Counted from the stretch's first letter, positions 1 through 11,116 are shown. The stretch is DNA of 64,000 nucleotides from an uncultured cyanobacterium (GCA_963793265.1 CAWBZI010000001.1:704001-768000), one strand, 5' to 3'. Translations and numbers: made by a program. The notes: a model not told the origin generated them from the sequence alone.

Positions 1-156
1 AAACAGCAGTGCGAACAGCTCAAAGTGCTGCTAGAGGAAGAACAAATAGCACATGCCAAAACGCGAGAGAGCCTGACGGCTGCACTTGGAGACGCGGTGG
101 ATCTATTGGCCAAAGAGCGTGGTGAGAAACCATTTGGATCGGCTGAGCAGCCATAG
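1..156 (+). CDS. 3' end of a hypothetical coiled-coil protein, truncated by window edge
   Basis: Frame 1 open from base 1 (KQQCEQLKVLLEEEQ...LTAALGDAVDLLAKER...) to TAG at 154-156; converges on the hairpin at 185-218. Confidence 0.65.
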   Translation, partial: KQQCEQLKVLLEEEQIAHAKTRESLTAALGDAVDLLAKERGEKPFGSAEQP

Positions 157-184
157 GAACAAAGCAGCCGTGAAAGGATATAAA

Positions 185-218
185 AAAGCCTTAGAGACAT
201 TGATATCTCTAAGGCTTT
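185..218. terminator. Intrinsic terminator hairpin between convergent genes
   Basis: AAAGCCTTAGAGA / TCTCTAAGGCTTT perfect 13-bp inverted repeat with A/T flanks. Confidence 0.75.
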
Positions 219-241
219 CCCATTACGGTCTATGTTATTTA

Positions 242-1363
242 TTAAAAACCCATCGCTTCAGCCAGACTATCCGCATCGGGTGCTAAGCCCGCCTTAAACT
301 GATTGCCGCTACGCTCGATAGCAGCTTCGGGATCTTTCAGGCCATTACCCGTAAGGATGCATACGATTCGAGCGCCTTCAGGCACCTGATCTTTTACCTT
401 GAGCAAACCGGCCACTGAAGCGGCGCTCGCGGGTTCACAGAAAACGCCTTCTTCTGAGGCTAGGATGCTGTAGGCCGCTGCAATTTCATCATCGGTGACC
501 GCGTTAAAAGCACCACCGCTTTGATCACGCGCTGCGATCGCCTGATCCCAACTCGCCGGGTTACCAATTCTAATCGCCGTTGCGAACGTATCTGGTGACT
601 CAACAGGATGACCCATCACCAGAGGCGCAGCGCCCGCCGCCTGAAATCCCATCATCTGCGGTAGCTGAGTAGAAATTCCCGCTCGCAGATACTCGTTAAA
701 GCCCTTCCAATAGGCTGTGATGTTACCTGCATTACCCACCGGAATACAAAGCCAGTCAGGTGCATCACCTAACGCATCTACCAGCTCAAATGCACCTGTT
801 TTTTGCCCTTCAATCCGATAAGGATTAACTGAGTTCACCAGCGTAATCGGATACTTATCAGCAACCGATCGCACAGAAGTCAGCGCCTGGTCAAAGTTGC
901 CTTTAATAGCCAGGATTTCGGCCCCGTATAGGAGCGCCTGGGCCAGTTTTCCCATAGCCACATAGCCGTCAGGGATCACCACGTAGGCTCTGAGTCCGCC
1001 TCTACGAGCGTAGGCCGCTGCTGCTGCTGAAGTGTTGCCTGTGCTTGCACAAATTACCGCCTTAGCACCCGCTTCTTTGGCCTTAGAAATCGCCATGGTC
1101 ATGCCACGATCTTTGAAGCTGCCAGTGGGGTTGAGGCCATCATATTTGACGAAAACTTGTACGGATTTGCCGATGCGCTGAGCGATCGCAGGTGCTGGAA
1201 TCAAAGGCGTATTACCTTCATGCAGCGTGACCACTGGCGTAACATCACTGACAGGGAGGTACTGGCGGTACTTTTCAATCAGCCCTGGCCAGCCCTGATG
1301 CTGATCCTTCTTTGAAGGGTTAAGAACTGCTTGAGAATGGGGTTTGAAAGGGCTCAGAGTCAC
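242..1363 (-). CDS. thrC: Threonine synthase (PLP)
   Basis: [13 protein letters not shown]-lysine motif, [35 protein letters not shown] at 1363 taken as start (ORF extends to 1393). Confidence 0.96.
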   Translation of the reverse strand: MTLSPFKPHSQAVLNPSKKDQHQGWPGLIEKYRQYLPVSDVTPVVTLHEGNTPLIPAPAIAQRIGKSVQVFVKYDGLNPTGSFKDRGMTMAISKAKEAGAKAVICASTGNTSAAAAAYARRGGLRAYVVIPDGYVAMGKLAQALLYGAEILAIKGNFDQALTSVRSVADKYPITLVNSVNPYRIEGQKTGAFELVDALGDAPDWLCIPVGNAGNITAYWKGFNEYLRAGISTQLPQMMGFQAAGAAPLVMGHPVESPDTFATAIRIGNPASWDQAIAARDQSGGAFNAVTDDEIAAAYSILASEEGVFCEPASAASVAGLLKVKDQVPEGARIVCILTGNGLKDPEAAIERSGNQFKAGLAPDADSLAEAMGF

Positions 1364-2010
1364 AATAGTTTCCAGATACCAAAATCTGTACAAAAAGACG
1401 TTGCCATGCGCGCTTTGAAAATTAGTAAGAAATTAGAAAGGCATGGCCTTGGCATAGCCCCCTCAGTTTACCTTGAACCCCTCTGTCGATAGAGGTTGCT
1501 CTCAACTTTATAGAGATGTTTTTTGATTTGATTCAAGATTAGAGTGACGCCATCGCGTGCCATAAGATTTTAGGCAAAGCTTTTGTCTCTAGGACTTTCA
1601 GGGATTTTTCTAGACAATTATTAAAGCGCCACAGCATAGCCACAAACGAGAATTTTGGCTCAGCTAATATCAAGTTTCAATATTTAGTTTACAATGCCAT
1701 TAAGTTTTGATTAAGTATAAATTCCTAGTCGCTTAGCAAATCGACTGAAAAATACTTAATAATTTGGTGGCAGTGCCTAACTATTGCAGTCTGTTCAGCT
1801 ATTTTTAGAAGCCGCACTGAGGTGGCTAGCTGTATCGTATGTGACCTCTTGTCGGCGTGATATTCATGTTGCGTTAGCGGATATACCACATAGACTGTCT
1901 GGGGACATACCGCCGAAACCGAGCTGACTGCCTTTTGTCGGTGGTGTCGAACGCGCTATAAGAACCGCTCGAAAACTGTGTATCTGTTAAGTAAGCCTGT
2001 GAGAGAGAAT

Positions 2011-2271
2011 ATGCCTGTATTAGCAAAAATGCCTACGTCAGTAACCGGGAAGGCTTCTGTAAAAGCCAATGTCGGGACTAGCACTAGGGCTAATCTCAGA
2101 GCCAATGACGAGGCTAAAGTTTGCTGGATTGAAGTGAAGCGCTACCCTTACCAGCCCGATCATCAAGTTGAACTGCTGCACCTTCAGGCTGAGGCAGATG
2201 CCTTGATTATTAAGCTGCAAGCATCCGGGCAAAAGCAGCTCGCTGAGAAATCAAGACTCGCTAGCAAGTAG
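2011..2271 (+). CDS. Small hypothetical protein
   Basis: ATG at 2011; helical C-terminal segment YQPDHQVELLHLQAEADALIIKLQ; only sizeable ORF in an otherwise empty interval. Confidence 0.55.
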   Translation: MPVLAKMPTSVTGKASVKANVGTSTRANLRANDEAKVCWIEVKRYPYQPDHQVELLHLQAEADALIIKLQASGQKQLAEKSRLASK

Positions 2272-2303
2272 GTACTTCAACTTAAAGTAGGTACTTCAAC
2301 TTA
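2266..2303 (+). repeat. Perfect 19-bp tandem duplication spanning the stop codon
   Basis: AAGTAGGTACTTCAACTTA at 2266-2284 and 2285-2303. Confidence 0.9.
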
Positions 2304-2430
2304 TCTGTGGGGCCTGCTATTAAGCCTTTTGATAGAGTATTTTGCGTGCTCTGTTAAGAATTGGGTAATGCCCGCACGAACTCGTTTTGATCCGTTTATC
2401 TTTGAGAAGCATTGATAACGGCAAGTGTGT

Positions 2431-3006
2431 ATGGGTGAGGAGTTTAGCTACGATCAGGCGCAAGGCCAAGAACTGAGTCGGCAGCTTTCGCTAGGTAGGC
2501 GACTGACGATAGCGAATAAGCGCAAAACAGTAGCGCCAGCAAAGGGGCTAGCTTACGAAGAGAGCTATCGATGCCCAGCTTGTGGCAGTGGAGAGCTGAA
2601 TGCGATCGCCATGATGGACGTATTTGCCTGCAACTTTTGTCGGCACATGTTCACAGCCAACCTGCAAACTCAATCTGTACAAATAGCCGATAGCCTTCAG
2701 CCAATGGCCTGGCAGTGGAACGGCTGGCAGTGGCGCACGGCTCAGCAAAACAGCACAACAGCAGCTTTGGTTTGGAGCTTTGCGAGCGTCCTTACGGTTG
2801 TGCCAGTCGCCATTATTGCAATTTCTAACTATATTTTTCCGCCGTTGGAAGGCTCCAATTTTCCGATGATGTGGACAGGGCTGACGCTGACCAGTCACGG
2901 TATTATGTCAGGCTGGCTGCTGGCTGAGTATCATCGCTGGCCCTGGTATATTGCCAGTCGGATTAGGTTACAGCGGTTAGGCGAGCGGTTATTTGCAAGC
3001 GAGTAG
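2431..3006 (+). CDS. Hypothetical membrane protein with N-terminal zinc ribbon
   Basis: CPAC...CNFC four-Cys motif followed by two hydrophobic segments. Confidence 0.75.
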   Translation: MGEEFSYDQAQGQELSRQLSLGRRLTIANKRKTVAPAKGLAYEESYRCPACGSGELNAIAMMDVFACNFCRHMFTANLQTQSVQIADSLQPMAWQWNGWQWRTAQQNSTTAALVWSFASVLTVVPVAIIAISNYIFPPLEGSNFPMMWTGLTLTSHGIMSGWLLAEYHRWPWYIASRIRLQRLGERLFASE

Positions 3007-3053
3007 CGGGTTGCTTGGGCTTATTCGTCTTAACTGCGCTACGTAAGCGTGAG

Positions 3054-3572
3054 CTATTTCACCTGCAAGGATCGCTTTCGCATGAAATACTGCTGATGGT
3101 CGTCAGTTGCGAGCCAGTAGTCGGTAGCTGGCTCAATTTGAGTGACGATTGGATTTTGATAGGTATTAGTCGTCTCTAGACTCGCTTTTGAGGCGCGAGC
3201 ACTCTGCGCCTGCTGAGGCGTGTGGTAGAAGATTACAGAGCGATATTGTTCACCGCGATCTGGCCCTTGCCGGTTAAGCGTTGTGGGATCGTGACATTGC
3301 CAAAAGAGAGCGAGCAGCGCTTCATAGCTGATCTTGGCTGGATTGTATTGAATCTGGGCGACTTCGGCATGGCCCGTAATGCGAGAGAGTACGTCTAGGT
3401 AGCAGGGATTGGCAAAGTGCCCACCCATGTAGCCCACTGAGGTGCTGAGTACGCCGGGCTGCTGACGGAAGGTTTCTTCGGTGTGCCAGAAGCAGCCTGC
3501 GCCAAAGGTTGCGATCGCCCCTTCAACACTTTTTTTAGCACCATCTTTATCAATCCCAATAGCTCGATCCAT
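3054..3572 (-). CDS. msrA: Peptide methionine sulfoxide reductase A
   Basis: GAGCFW active site, GHAE, DPTTLNRQGPDRGEQYRS, HQQY. Confidence 0.93.
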   Translation of the reverse strand: MDRAIGIDKDGAKKSVEGAIATFGAGCFWHTEETFRQQPGVLSTSVGYMGGHFANPCYLDVLSRITGHAEVAQIQYNPAKISYEALLALFWQCHDPTTLNRQGPDRGEQYRSVIFYHTPQQAQSARASKASLETTNTYQNPIVTQIEPATDYWLATDDHQQYFMRKRSLQVK

Positions 3573-4114
3573 ATCTATTCCAACGTGTCAATCTCAAGCG
3601 TGTCAAATTTATAGACTGCGTAACTTTATAATCACCGAAACCCTCTACTGGCAAAAGATCGACGCTTATTATCAACGCCGTTGTACACAAACGTACTGAG
3701 ATAGCCGTGTTCTATATTAAGCGGCTAATTGTTGTATACGCGGATGTGCTCTGGCTTTACAACCGCCTAAAGTCTTCAAAGCATTTGAAGATTGGAACAG
3801 TTAAGCAAAAGCGCATCCAGAAGCATCTACCTCGAAGGGCACTTTAAAGCCGTTGCAGAAAAAACAGAGCTAAATGACTAGATCTAATAGATCTTGACGG
3901 GCTGCTAAGCGAATCTGTTAGCCAACTTTGATGCTTTAATTCCTGATTTTCTCGCGATCGTCATTCTTTTTTAATTCGATTCAGTTATAGGGCCGGTAGG
4001 CCCAAAGGTTCAAAGCTGCTATGCGATGAGCCAAAGACTTGGGTGCCTAATTTTGGCTGAGCACCTGAGTACTTTGGCGCGAGCAGCAGTATCCGTGAAA
4101 CTAGGAATATTGTA

Positions 4115-4738
4115 ATGAAATGGACTGCTTTGTGGAGTATTGCACTGGTCAGCCTGACGGCAACGGGTGCGCGTGCAAAGGTAATTACGAACAGTGCACT
4201 CAGCGAAAGTGGAAGCCAGCAAGCCAGCTTACAAGAAGCAACGTTAGTCGCTAGTGCTGGAGAGTGTGCGCAGCTCCGTGACTTTTTTTCAGAGCTATTG
4301 ACGCTTACCAACAGAGCCCGCCGAGATGCGGGCGTGAGTCCGCTAAAGTTTTCGTATCAGCTAGGTCAAGCGGCTCAAGGCTATGCAGAAGACTTGGCCA
4401 CGCAAAACTTTTTTGACCACGTTGGTGAAGACGGCTCAACGATGCTGACTCGAATAGAGGCTACGGGCTACGAGTTGATTGCAGCTGGAGAGAACATTGC
4501 CGCCGGGCAAAGAACAGCGGCGAGCGTGTTTGAAGGCTGGATGAACAGCCCTGGGCACAGAGACAATATCTTAAAGGCAGACTTTACTGAAGTGGGGTTT
4601 GGCCGATTTGATGCGCCGAATAGCTCTGATTATGGTCAATATTGGGTGCAGAACTTTGGGAAGCCAGAGCAAGGCGCTACGGGGTCTGCTATCTACATTC
4701 CAGACACCTGCCGCCAGGCACTAGCCAATAGTCAATAA
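4115..4738 (+). CDS. Secreted CAP/SCP-domain protein
   Basis: Signal peptide; FFDH, GENIAAG, WMNSPGHRDNIL, YWVQNFG. Confidence 0.9.
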   Translation: MKWTALWSIALVSLTATGARAKVITNSALSESGSQQASLQEATLVASAGECAQLRDFFSELLTLTNRARRDAGVSPLKFSYQLGQAAQGYAEDLATQNFFDHVGEDGSTMLTRIEATGYELIAAGENIAAGQRTAASVFEGWMNSPGHRDNILKADFTEVGFGRFDAPNSSDYGQYWVQNFGKPEQGATGSAIYIPDTCRQALANSQ

Positions 4739-4750
4739 ATAAAAAGTCTC

Positions 4751-5533
4751 TTAGAGCTGTCGTTCTTGGGAAAGCATTCTGCGGTAGCAAATCCAGCCGA
4801 CGCCCACCATAACGACAGCAAAGATCACTAGAAATATTAAGTGTGTGCCGTTCTCACCGAATGGCTCGTCTGTATTCAACAGAGCGTCGGTGAGTGCTTC
4901 GGTCATGTGGTAGATCGGATTGAATCGAGCAATTTCAAGTAGAGAGTTGGGGAAAAGAGAGATTGGGAGGAAGGCTCCGCCTAACACCATTAAGGGCACG
5001 CCAAAGGCGGCGATGAGGGCGCTTACGTCTTCGGTGCGACGGGCGAACTGGGTGCCTAGCATGAAGCCTAAGCCAACGTAGGCGAGGATGCTAAGTAGGA
5101 TGATGATCGCAGCTAGTGGCCAGGCGGCATCGGGGAAGGAGGCTCCGGCTAGAGTGGCGATCACAAAAATCACCAGGGTCTGCCCCACACCGATCACACT
5201 ATGCGCCAGAAAAATTCCTAAAAAATAAGACACGCCGCTCAAAGGCGACAGAAACAGCCGCTTTAAAGTTTGCTGTTCGCGCTCAGAAACCACCGTCGCA
5301 ACGCCGCCACCCAAACAGCTAAAGAACAAAGCCGCGCCGACTAGAGTAGGTGGGGCGGCCACTTCAAAGGCAGTGCTCACGGTTGTATCTGCGCGTTCAG
5401 CAGTAATAAGCCCGTTCAGCATTAAGATCAGCGCGGGGAACATCATCCATGAAATGAGGCTGCGCTTGCGCCGAAATAATTCGGTCAGGATGCGTCGTGC
5501 TACGGCCCAGCTTTCGCGCCAGTATTTTTTCAT
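4751..5533 (-). CDS. ABC-2 type transporter permease
   Basis: About six TM segments, EREQQTLKRLFLSP and FNPIYH motifs. Confidence 0.88.
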   Translation of the reverse strand: MKKYWRESWAVARRILTELFRRKRSLISWMMFPALILMLNGLITAERADTTVSTAFEVAAPPTLVGAALFFSCLGGGVATVVSEREQQTLKRLFLSPLSGVSYFLGIFLAHSVIGVGQTLVIFVIATLAGASFPDAAWPLAAIIILLSILAYVGLGFMLGTQFARRTEDVSALIAAFGVPLMVLGGAFLPISLFPNSLLEIARFNPIYHMTEALTDALLNTDEPFGENGTHLIFLVIFAVVMVGVGWICYRRMLSQERQL

Positions 5534-5658
5534 TTATATGGTTTTGAGTTATGAGGTGTGGCTATTGCTGGTGATGCTGGGGTTTGATGGGTGCGATCGC
5601 CTCATCACCAAACGCCCGCGCATTATAAACTTGTAATAACCCGTTACCAACAGGCTCT

Positions 5659-6243
5659 ATGACGCTTCGTCCAGCACTTTCGATTCGCACACTTCTCATT
5701 CGCATAGTCATATCCCTCTGTCTCACCACAGTCTTCGCCATAGGCTACGCACTTTCTCCCATAGCGCCCTCAGCCTATGCCATGGGCGGCGCTCAGCCAA
5801 CGTTAGAGGAACCTGCACCAGCCTTTACGCTACCTAGCACCTTAGAAGACGGCAAAGTTTCTCTTAGTGACTACGCCGGACAGTGGGTCGTTTTGTACTT
5901 CTATCCCCGCGACTTTACGCCCGGCTGCACCCTAGAAGCGCAGCGATTCCAACGAGATTTGCCGGAATATCAGGCTCGCAACGCGCAGATACTAGGCGTC
6001 AGCGCTGACGATGTAGATTCACACGCAGAATTTTGTGACGCCGAATCGCTCGTATTTCCTTTGCTCTCCGATCCTGATGGCACCGTCAGCAAAGCCTATG
6101 GCTCATGGATGAAACCTATGTCAATGCGCCATACCTATTTAATTGATCCAGATGGCGTTTTGAAAGAGCGCTTTTTAGGTGTGCGACCCGCAATTCATAG
6201 CCAAGAAGTGCTTGCAAGATTAGACGAACTGCAAAGTAGCTAA
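5659..6243 (+). CDS. bcp: Peroxiredoxin (BCP/PrxQ family) with signal or TM segment
   Basis: VLYFYPRDFTPGCT peroxidatic motif; LLSDPDG. Confidence 0.88.
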   Translation: MTLRPALSIRTLLIRIVISLCLTTVFAIGYALSPIAPSAYAMGGAQPTLEEPAPAFTLPSTLEDGKVSLSDYAGQWVVLYFYPRDFTPGCTLEAQRFQRDLPEYQARNAQILGVSADDVDSHAEFCDAESLVFPLLSDPDGTVSKAYGSWMKPMSMRHTYLIDPDGVLKERFLGVRPAIHSQEVLARLDELQSS

Positions 6244-6336
6244 GTGAGAATGAGCAAAGGCGGATAACAACACAGCCGAGAAACGCAAAGCAAACGCTAA
6301 ACTAGAGCAACTGAGTCAATAAATAAAGGAGATACC

Positions 6337-6576
6337 ATGTCAACTTTGGCCCTGACCGAACCCAACGTAGAAAAAATACTTGATGAGTTGCGTCCTTACC
6401 TGCTGGCTGACGGCGGTAACGTGGAGCTTGTAGAGCTTGACGGCCCCATCGTAAAGCTACGCCTGAACGGTGCTTGCAGCAGTTGCCCTAGCTCAGCGAT
6501 GACCCTGCGCATGGGTATTGAGCGTCGCCTACGTGAATTCATTCCCGAAATCGCTGAGATTCAGCAGGTAATGTAG
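6337..6576 (+). CDS. nifU: NifU/NfuA-family Fe-S scaffold protein
   Basis: LRPYLLADGGNVELV, GACSSCPSS CxxC; AAGGAG RBS upstream. Confidence 0.9.
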   Translation: MSTLALTEPNVEKILDELRPYLLADGGNVELVELDGPIVKLRLNGACSSCPSSAMTLRMGIERRLREFIPEIAEIQQVM

Positions 6577-6610
6577 TTCTGAAAGATTAGGGACTCACTT
6601 AGATAAAAAG

Positions 6611-6646
6611 AAGGGGCGGCAGGGCATTGATCCTGACCGCCCCTTT
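6611..6646 (+). terminator. Intrinsic terminator after the nifU-like gene
   Basis: AAGGGGCGG.CAGG / CCTGACCGCCCCTT GC-rich stem followed by Ts. Confidence 0.6.
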
Positions 6647-6712
6647 GCCTGTTAACCTTGCTTATGGGAAAAGCCGCAAGCGCCAAAGGAACACAAAAAG
6701 GAAGACAAGGCC

Positions 6713-7996
6713 GTGCTGGATATCAAGCTAATTCGCAATCAAACTGCTCAGGTGCAAGCTGCCTTAGATAAAAAAGGCGCTTACGATTTGCAGCCGCTGC
6801 TCGACTTGGACGCGCGGCAAAGAGAAATTGAGAAAAAGCGCTCCGACTTACAGGCGAAAAGTAACGAAGTCGGTAAATCAGTCGGTCAAAAGATTAGAGA
6901 AGGGGCTGAGCCCAACGGCGATGAGGTGAAGGCGCTGCGGGATGAAGGCAACCGGATTAAAGCTGAGATTGGTGAGCTTGAGCCGCATGAGCGAGAGCTA
7001 AAGGCGCATATCGAAGAGATTTTGCTGACGCTGCCAAACCTGCCGGATGCGTCTGCGCCGAAAGGTAAAAACGAGGATGAAAATGTAGAGGTGCGGCGCT
7101 GGGGTGATGAGCATATCTCGGACGGCACGGGCAAGCTGCCTCACTATGAGATTGGCGAAAAGCTTGGGATTATGAACTTTGAGCGGTCGGTGAAGATTGC
7201 TCAGAGTCGCTTTGTCACGCTTTTAGGAGACGGGGCGGCTTTGGAGAGAGCCCTGATTTCGTTCATGCTAGAGCGGCATACGGGCGAAGGCTATACCGAG
7301 GTGATGCCGCCGATTTTGGTGAACTCGGATTCTATGACGGGTTCGGGGCAGCTACCTAAGTTTGCAGAAGATGGGTTTAAGTGCGATCGCGATGACCTCT
7401 GGCTCACTCCCACCGCCGAAGTGCCGCTAACCAACCTCCACCGAGACGAAGTACTCACCGACGATCAGCTCCCGATTAACTACTGCGCCTACACCCCCTG
7501 CTTTCGCCGCGAGGCCGGAAGCTATGGCCGCGACACCCGAGGGCTCATTCGCCTGCATCAGTTCAACAAAGTAGAGATGTACAAGTTCGTTCATCCCGAC
7601 ACCTCATTCGATGAGCTAGAAACCCTCACCGCTGACGCCGAAAACATCTTGCAGCAGCTAAAGCTCCCATACCGCGTTCTAGAACTTTGCACAGGAGACT
7701 TAGGCTTCGGTGCAGCCAAAACATACGACTTAGAGGTGTGGTTACCCTCCGCTGGCAAATATCGCGAAATCTCAAGCTGCTCCAACTGCGTTGACTTTCA
7801 GGGCCGCAGAGCTAATATTCGATTCAAATCAGCCGGTAAAAAGGGCACTCAGTACGTCCACACCCTCAACGGTTCCGGGCTCGCCGTAGGCCGCACGATG
7901 GCCGCAATTTTAGAGAACTATCAGCAGGCAGACGGCAGCATAGGGGTACCTGAAGTCTTGCAAAAGTATATGGGGAAAACCGTCATCGCAGCCTAG
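6713..7996 (+). CDS. serS: Serine--tRNA ligase
   Basis: N-terminal coiled coil, [45 protein letters not shown]. Confidence 0.98.
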   Translation: MLDIKLIRNQTAQVQAALDKKGAYDLQPLLDLDARQREIEKKRSDLQAKSNEVGKSVGQKIREGAEPNGDEVKALRDEGNRIKAEIGELEPHERELKAHIEEILLTLPNLPDASAPKGKNEDENVEVRRWGDEHISDGTGKLPHYEIGEKLGIMNFERSVKIAQSRFVTLLGDGAALERALISFMLERHTGEGYTEVMPPILVNSDSMTGSGQLPKFAEDGFKCDRDDLWLTPTAEVPLTNLHRDEVLTDDQLPINYCAYTPCFRREAGSYGRDTRGLIRLHQFNKVEMYKFVHPDTSFDELETLTADAENILQQLKLPYRVLELCTGDLGFGAAKTYDLEVWLPSAGKYREISSCSNCVDFQGRRANIRFKSAGKKGTQYVHTLNGSGLAVGRTMAAILENYQQADGSIGVPEVLQKYMGKTVIAA

Positions 7997-8107
7997 CGCC
8001 AACTTGTAATCAGGCAGTAATCTAGGGGGCTCTGTGCCCTCAGACCCACACATTCGCATAGACGGCCCTGTACAATAACAAAAGTTAACTTAACGCAGCG
8101 ATCTCTC

Positions 8108-9199
8108 ATGACCGTATTGGCCGTAATTGGGGTTTTAGCCCTTCTGATTTTTGTTCACGAACTCGGCCACTTCATGGCGGCTCGGTTGCAAGGCATTCAC
8201 GTCAATCGATTCTCCATCGGCTTTGGCCCGATTCTGTGGAAATTCCAGGGGCCTGATACCGAATACGCCCTACGAGCCGTTCCCTTAGGAGGCTTCGTAG
8301 GCTTCCCTGACGACGACCCCGAAAGCGACATCCCCGCAGACGATCCAAACCTTTTGCGCAACCGCCCAGTACTTGATAGAGCCATTGTGATCAGCGCAGG
8401 CGTAATCGCCAACATGATCTTTGCCTATCTCGTATTTGTCGTTCAGTTCGGCAGCATTGGCGTACCCGACACCTTTAACCTCAAGCCGGGTGTCTTCATT
8501 CCAGAAGTCATGCCCGACACACCTGCATCCGTTGCTGGCCTTAAGGCAGGAGACGTCATTGTCGCAGCAAACGACGAGCGCTTAGGCGACGGTGAGACGG
8601 TACAGCAAGAGCTAATCAGAATTATTCAGGCTAGCCCTAACGAGCCTGTAGACCTGACGCTTCAGCGGTTTGACAAAGAGATAGACATTACCGTAACCCC
8701 GAAGATCAGCCCTAAAAGTGGCGATGCGGTCATTGGTGTTGCCCTGCTGCCTAACGGCACCCTTTCGTACCGCCCGGCAAACAGCCCTGTAGAAGTGCTC
8801 ACCGAAGCAGCCCGCGAATTTCAGGAAAAGACCAAGCTCGTCGCTGGCGGCATGGTGTCTTTGTTCACAAACTTCTCCTCGATGGCTGGGCAGGTGGGCA
8901 GCCCCGTCAAGATCGTTGAGCAAGGCGCTGGACTGGCGAAAACTGACGGCAGAAGCCTATTTCCTTTCGCCGCTATCATCAGCATCAACCTGGCAATTAT
9001 CAACATTTTGCCGCTACCTGCTCTAGACGGTGGTCAGCTTGCCTTCTTGGTTATTGAGGCGCTGCGTGGTAAGCCTTTACCTATGCGTTTTCAAGAAAGC
9101 GTCATGCAAACCGGCATCTTTCTACTGCTGGGCTTAGGCATCTTTTTGATTATTCGCGATACCACCCAGCTTGAAGTTCTGCAAAATCTGCGTCAGTGA
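8108..9199 (+). CDS. rseP: RIP metalloprotease RseP (M50, PDZ)
   Basis: HELGH zinc motif, NILPLPALDGG, PDZ-like GLKAGDVI. Confidence 0.95.
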   Translation: MTVLAVIGVLALLIFVHELGHFMAARLQGIHVNRFSIGFGPILWKFQGPDTEYALRAVPLGGFVGFPDDDPESDIPADDPNLLRNRPVLDRAIVISAGVIANMIFAYLVFVVQFGSIGVPDTFNLKPGVFIPEVMPDTPASVAGLKAGDVIVAANDERLGDGETVQQELIRIIQASPNEPVDLTLQRFDKEIDITVTPKISPKSGDAVIGVALLPNGTLSYRPANSPVEVLTEAAREFQEKTKLVAGGMVSLFTNFSSMAGQVGSPVKIVEQGAGLAKTDGRSLFPFAAIISINLAIINILPLPALDGGQLAFLVIEALRGKPLPMRFQESVMQTGIFLLLGLGIFLIIRDTTQLEVLQNLRQ

Positions 9200-10053
9200 A
9201 TACGGCTACCTCTTCTACAAGTTCAGAGACGATAAGCCCAGAAACACGTCCAGAAGCGCCATCCTGCCAACCACCCAGTAAGGAGAATGGTTACGAAGCC
9301 ATTCCCTTACCGTTGACTGGTATGTTGGCACCGCCATTGAGGCCATTTCAGAAGCTTACTAAGAAGCTGCGAGCTTTAGAACTACTCTCGCGGCTGAAGG
9401 CAATTTATCCTGAAGCGCCCTGCTCGCTAGACTACGAAACGCCTGTGCAGCTTATGGTAGCAACGATGCTCGCAGCGCAGTGTACAGACGCGCGAGTAAA
9501 TAAGGTGACCCCAGCGCTATTTGAGCGTTTTCCTGATGCAGCGGCACTTGCGGGTGCAGACATCGCAGAGCTGGAAGAATTGGTGCGCTCTACAGGCTTT
9601 TACCGGAACAAAGCAAAGAATATTCAGGCGGCTTGTCACAAAATAGTGGCTGAGTTTGGCGGCGAGGTGCCAAGCACTATGGAAGACTTAACAAGTTTGC
9701 CGGGGGTTGCGCGGAAGACGGCCAATGTTGTGCTTGCCCACGCTTTTGATATTCATGAAGGGGTGACGGTAGACACGCACGTAAAGCGAATTTCGGGTTT
9801 ATTCGGCCTGACGAAGCATGTGGAGCCCGTCAAAATTGAGCAGGATTTGATGAAGCTGCTGCCGCGGGAGGATTGGGAGAACTGGTCAATTCGGCTGGTG
9901 TATCACGGACGGGCGGTTTGTTCGGCGCGATCGCCCCAGTGTAGACGTTGCGACCTGCTAGACGTGTGTCCGGGGGCAGCGAAGATTCGGAAGGCGGCGG
10001 CTAAGGCAGCAAAAGCTAAGGATGCAAAGGCAAAAAAGAAGAGAAAGAAATAG
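9196..10053 (+). CDS. nth: Endonuclease III
   Basis: HhH LPGVARKTANVV, VDTHV, C-x6-C-x2-C-x5-C Fe-S motif; GTGA overlap with rseP. Confidence 0.95.
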   Translation: MNTATSSTSSETISPETRPEAPSCQPPSKENGYEAIPLPLTGMLAPPLRPFQKLTKKLRALELLSRLKAIYPEAPCSLDYETPVQLMVATMLAAQCTDARVNKVTPALFERFPDAAALAGADIAELEELVRSTGFYRNKAKNIQAACHKIVAEFGGEVPSTMEDLTSLPGVARKTANVVLAHAFDIHEGVTVDTHVKRISGLFGLTKHVEPVKIEQDLMKLLPREDWENWSIRLVYHGRAVCSARSPQCRRCDLLDVCPGAAKIRKAAAKAAKAKDAKAKKKRKK

Positions 10054-10189
10054 CGATCGCCACATTACGAACAAAAGCTTAAGCGTCACCGCAGAAGCAT
10101 CGTAGGTTCGGTTCCATGGGTTTGCAAAACCTATCGTGACAGATTAGTATGGAATACTGTGTCATAGAAATAAATCTGAAACTTGCCTC

Positions 10190-10492
10190 ATGGCTAAAAA
10201 AAGTATGGTTGCGCGCGAGAAGAAGCGCCAGAAGTTAGTTGCAAAGTACGCTGATAAGCGTGAGGCTTTGCTTAAAGAATTTGATGAAGCGCCCAATCAG
10301 CTTCAAAAGCTAGAAGTTCACCGCAAAATTCAGCAGTTGCCGCGTAACAGTGCGCCGACTCGCTTGAACAATCGCTGCTGGAAGACAGGTCGGCCTCGGG
10401 GCTACTATCGTGACTTTGGGCTTTGCCGCAATGCCCTGCGCGAAATGGCTCACCAAGGGCTACTGCCTGGTGTTGTGAAGTCTAGCTGGTAG
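10190..10492 (+). CDS. rpsN: 30S ribosomal protein S14
   Basis: MAKKSM...RC..TGRPRG..R.FGLCR...LPGVVKSSW. Confidence 0.98.
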   Translation: MAKKSMVAREKKRQKLVAKYADKREALLKEFDEAPNQLQKLEVHRKIQQLPRNSAPTRLNNRCWKTGRPRGYYRDFGLCRNALREMAHQGLLPGVVKSSW

Positions 10493-10561
10493 CGTTTGGT
10501 TGCTGTCGTCTGGTTATTAGAGTTGAAAGCAGTTTTGGCTCTGAACCAGCTTAAGAGCTTA

Positions 10562-10595
10562 AAAGGCATTCCGTTCTGACGAATGGGGTGCCTTT
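10562..10595. terminator. Hairpin terminator between rpsN and the convergent gene
   Basis: AAAGGCATTCCGTTC / GAATGGGGTGCCTTT stem with G-U pairs. Confidence 0.65.
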
Positions 10596-10609
10596 CGTGT
10601 TGAGAATTA

Positions 10610-10996
10610 TTAGTTGTTACCGCAGCAGCGTTCAATGCCAAGACTATCTAGTAGCAAGTCGCCCACGGCATTAGCGACGGCAAACTCGCTGTAAAAGCTT
10701 TTGGAGAAGTCGTAGCCTTGCATTTCAGTAAGAATTGCTAACACTAAGGCATTCAAATTATTTTCACCTTCCATCCGCTGTCGTACGAATACCTGAGAAG
10801 CCCTAGCGGCGATGTGTTCGTTGATGACTTCTGGTAAAAATTCTTCGTCTAGCCACCTGTGCAACTTGGCCTTGAGCCACTGACCTTCTTTCACCGCATC
10901 TTCAGGAGGCGGCAGTTCGATAGAGTCTATCGGCTCAGGGCGAGTAGCGGCTGCATCGGCGTTAATGTCAGCGTTGGCGTCTGGAGAGTCGGACAT
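10610..10996 (-). CDS. Hypothetical protein
   Basis: 128-aa ORF with globular-looking core (WLDEEFLPE...FAVANAV). Confidence 0.75.
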   Translation of the reverse strand: MSDSPDANADINADAAATRPEPIDSIELPPPEDAVKEGQWLKAKLHRWLDEEFLPEVINEHIAARASQVFVRQRMEGENNLNALVLAILTEMQGYDFSKSFYSEFAVANAVGDLLLDSLGIERCCGNN

Positions 10997-11116
10997 ATTG
11001 AGGGTTTAGCAGCGTAAAGTTGCAGCGATACCGTTGATACAAGGCTAAGGGGTTATGCAGGGTTAGGACGCGAAAGCGCCTATTAATTCACGTACTGTAA
11101 CGATTAATATGGAACG

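Noticed and set aside
1394..2010. Long intergenic region with an imperfect hairpin near 1905-1950, possible ncRNA
   Set aside because: No recognisable RNA family motif; compatible with divergent promoters
6713..10492. serS-rseP-nth-rpsN run
   Set aside because: Ordinary housekeeping arrangement with nothing unusual seen
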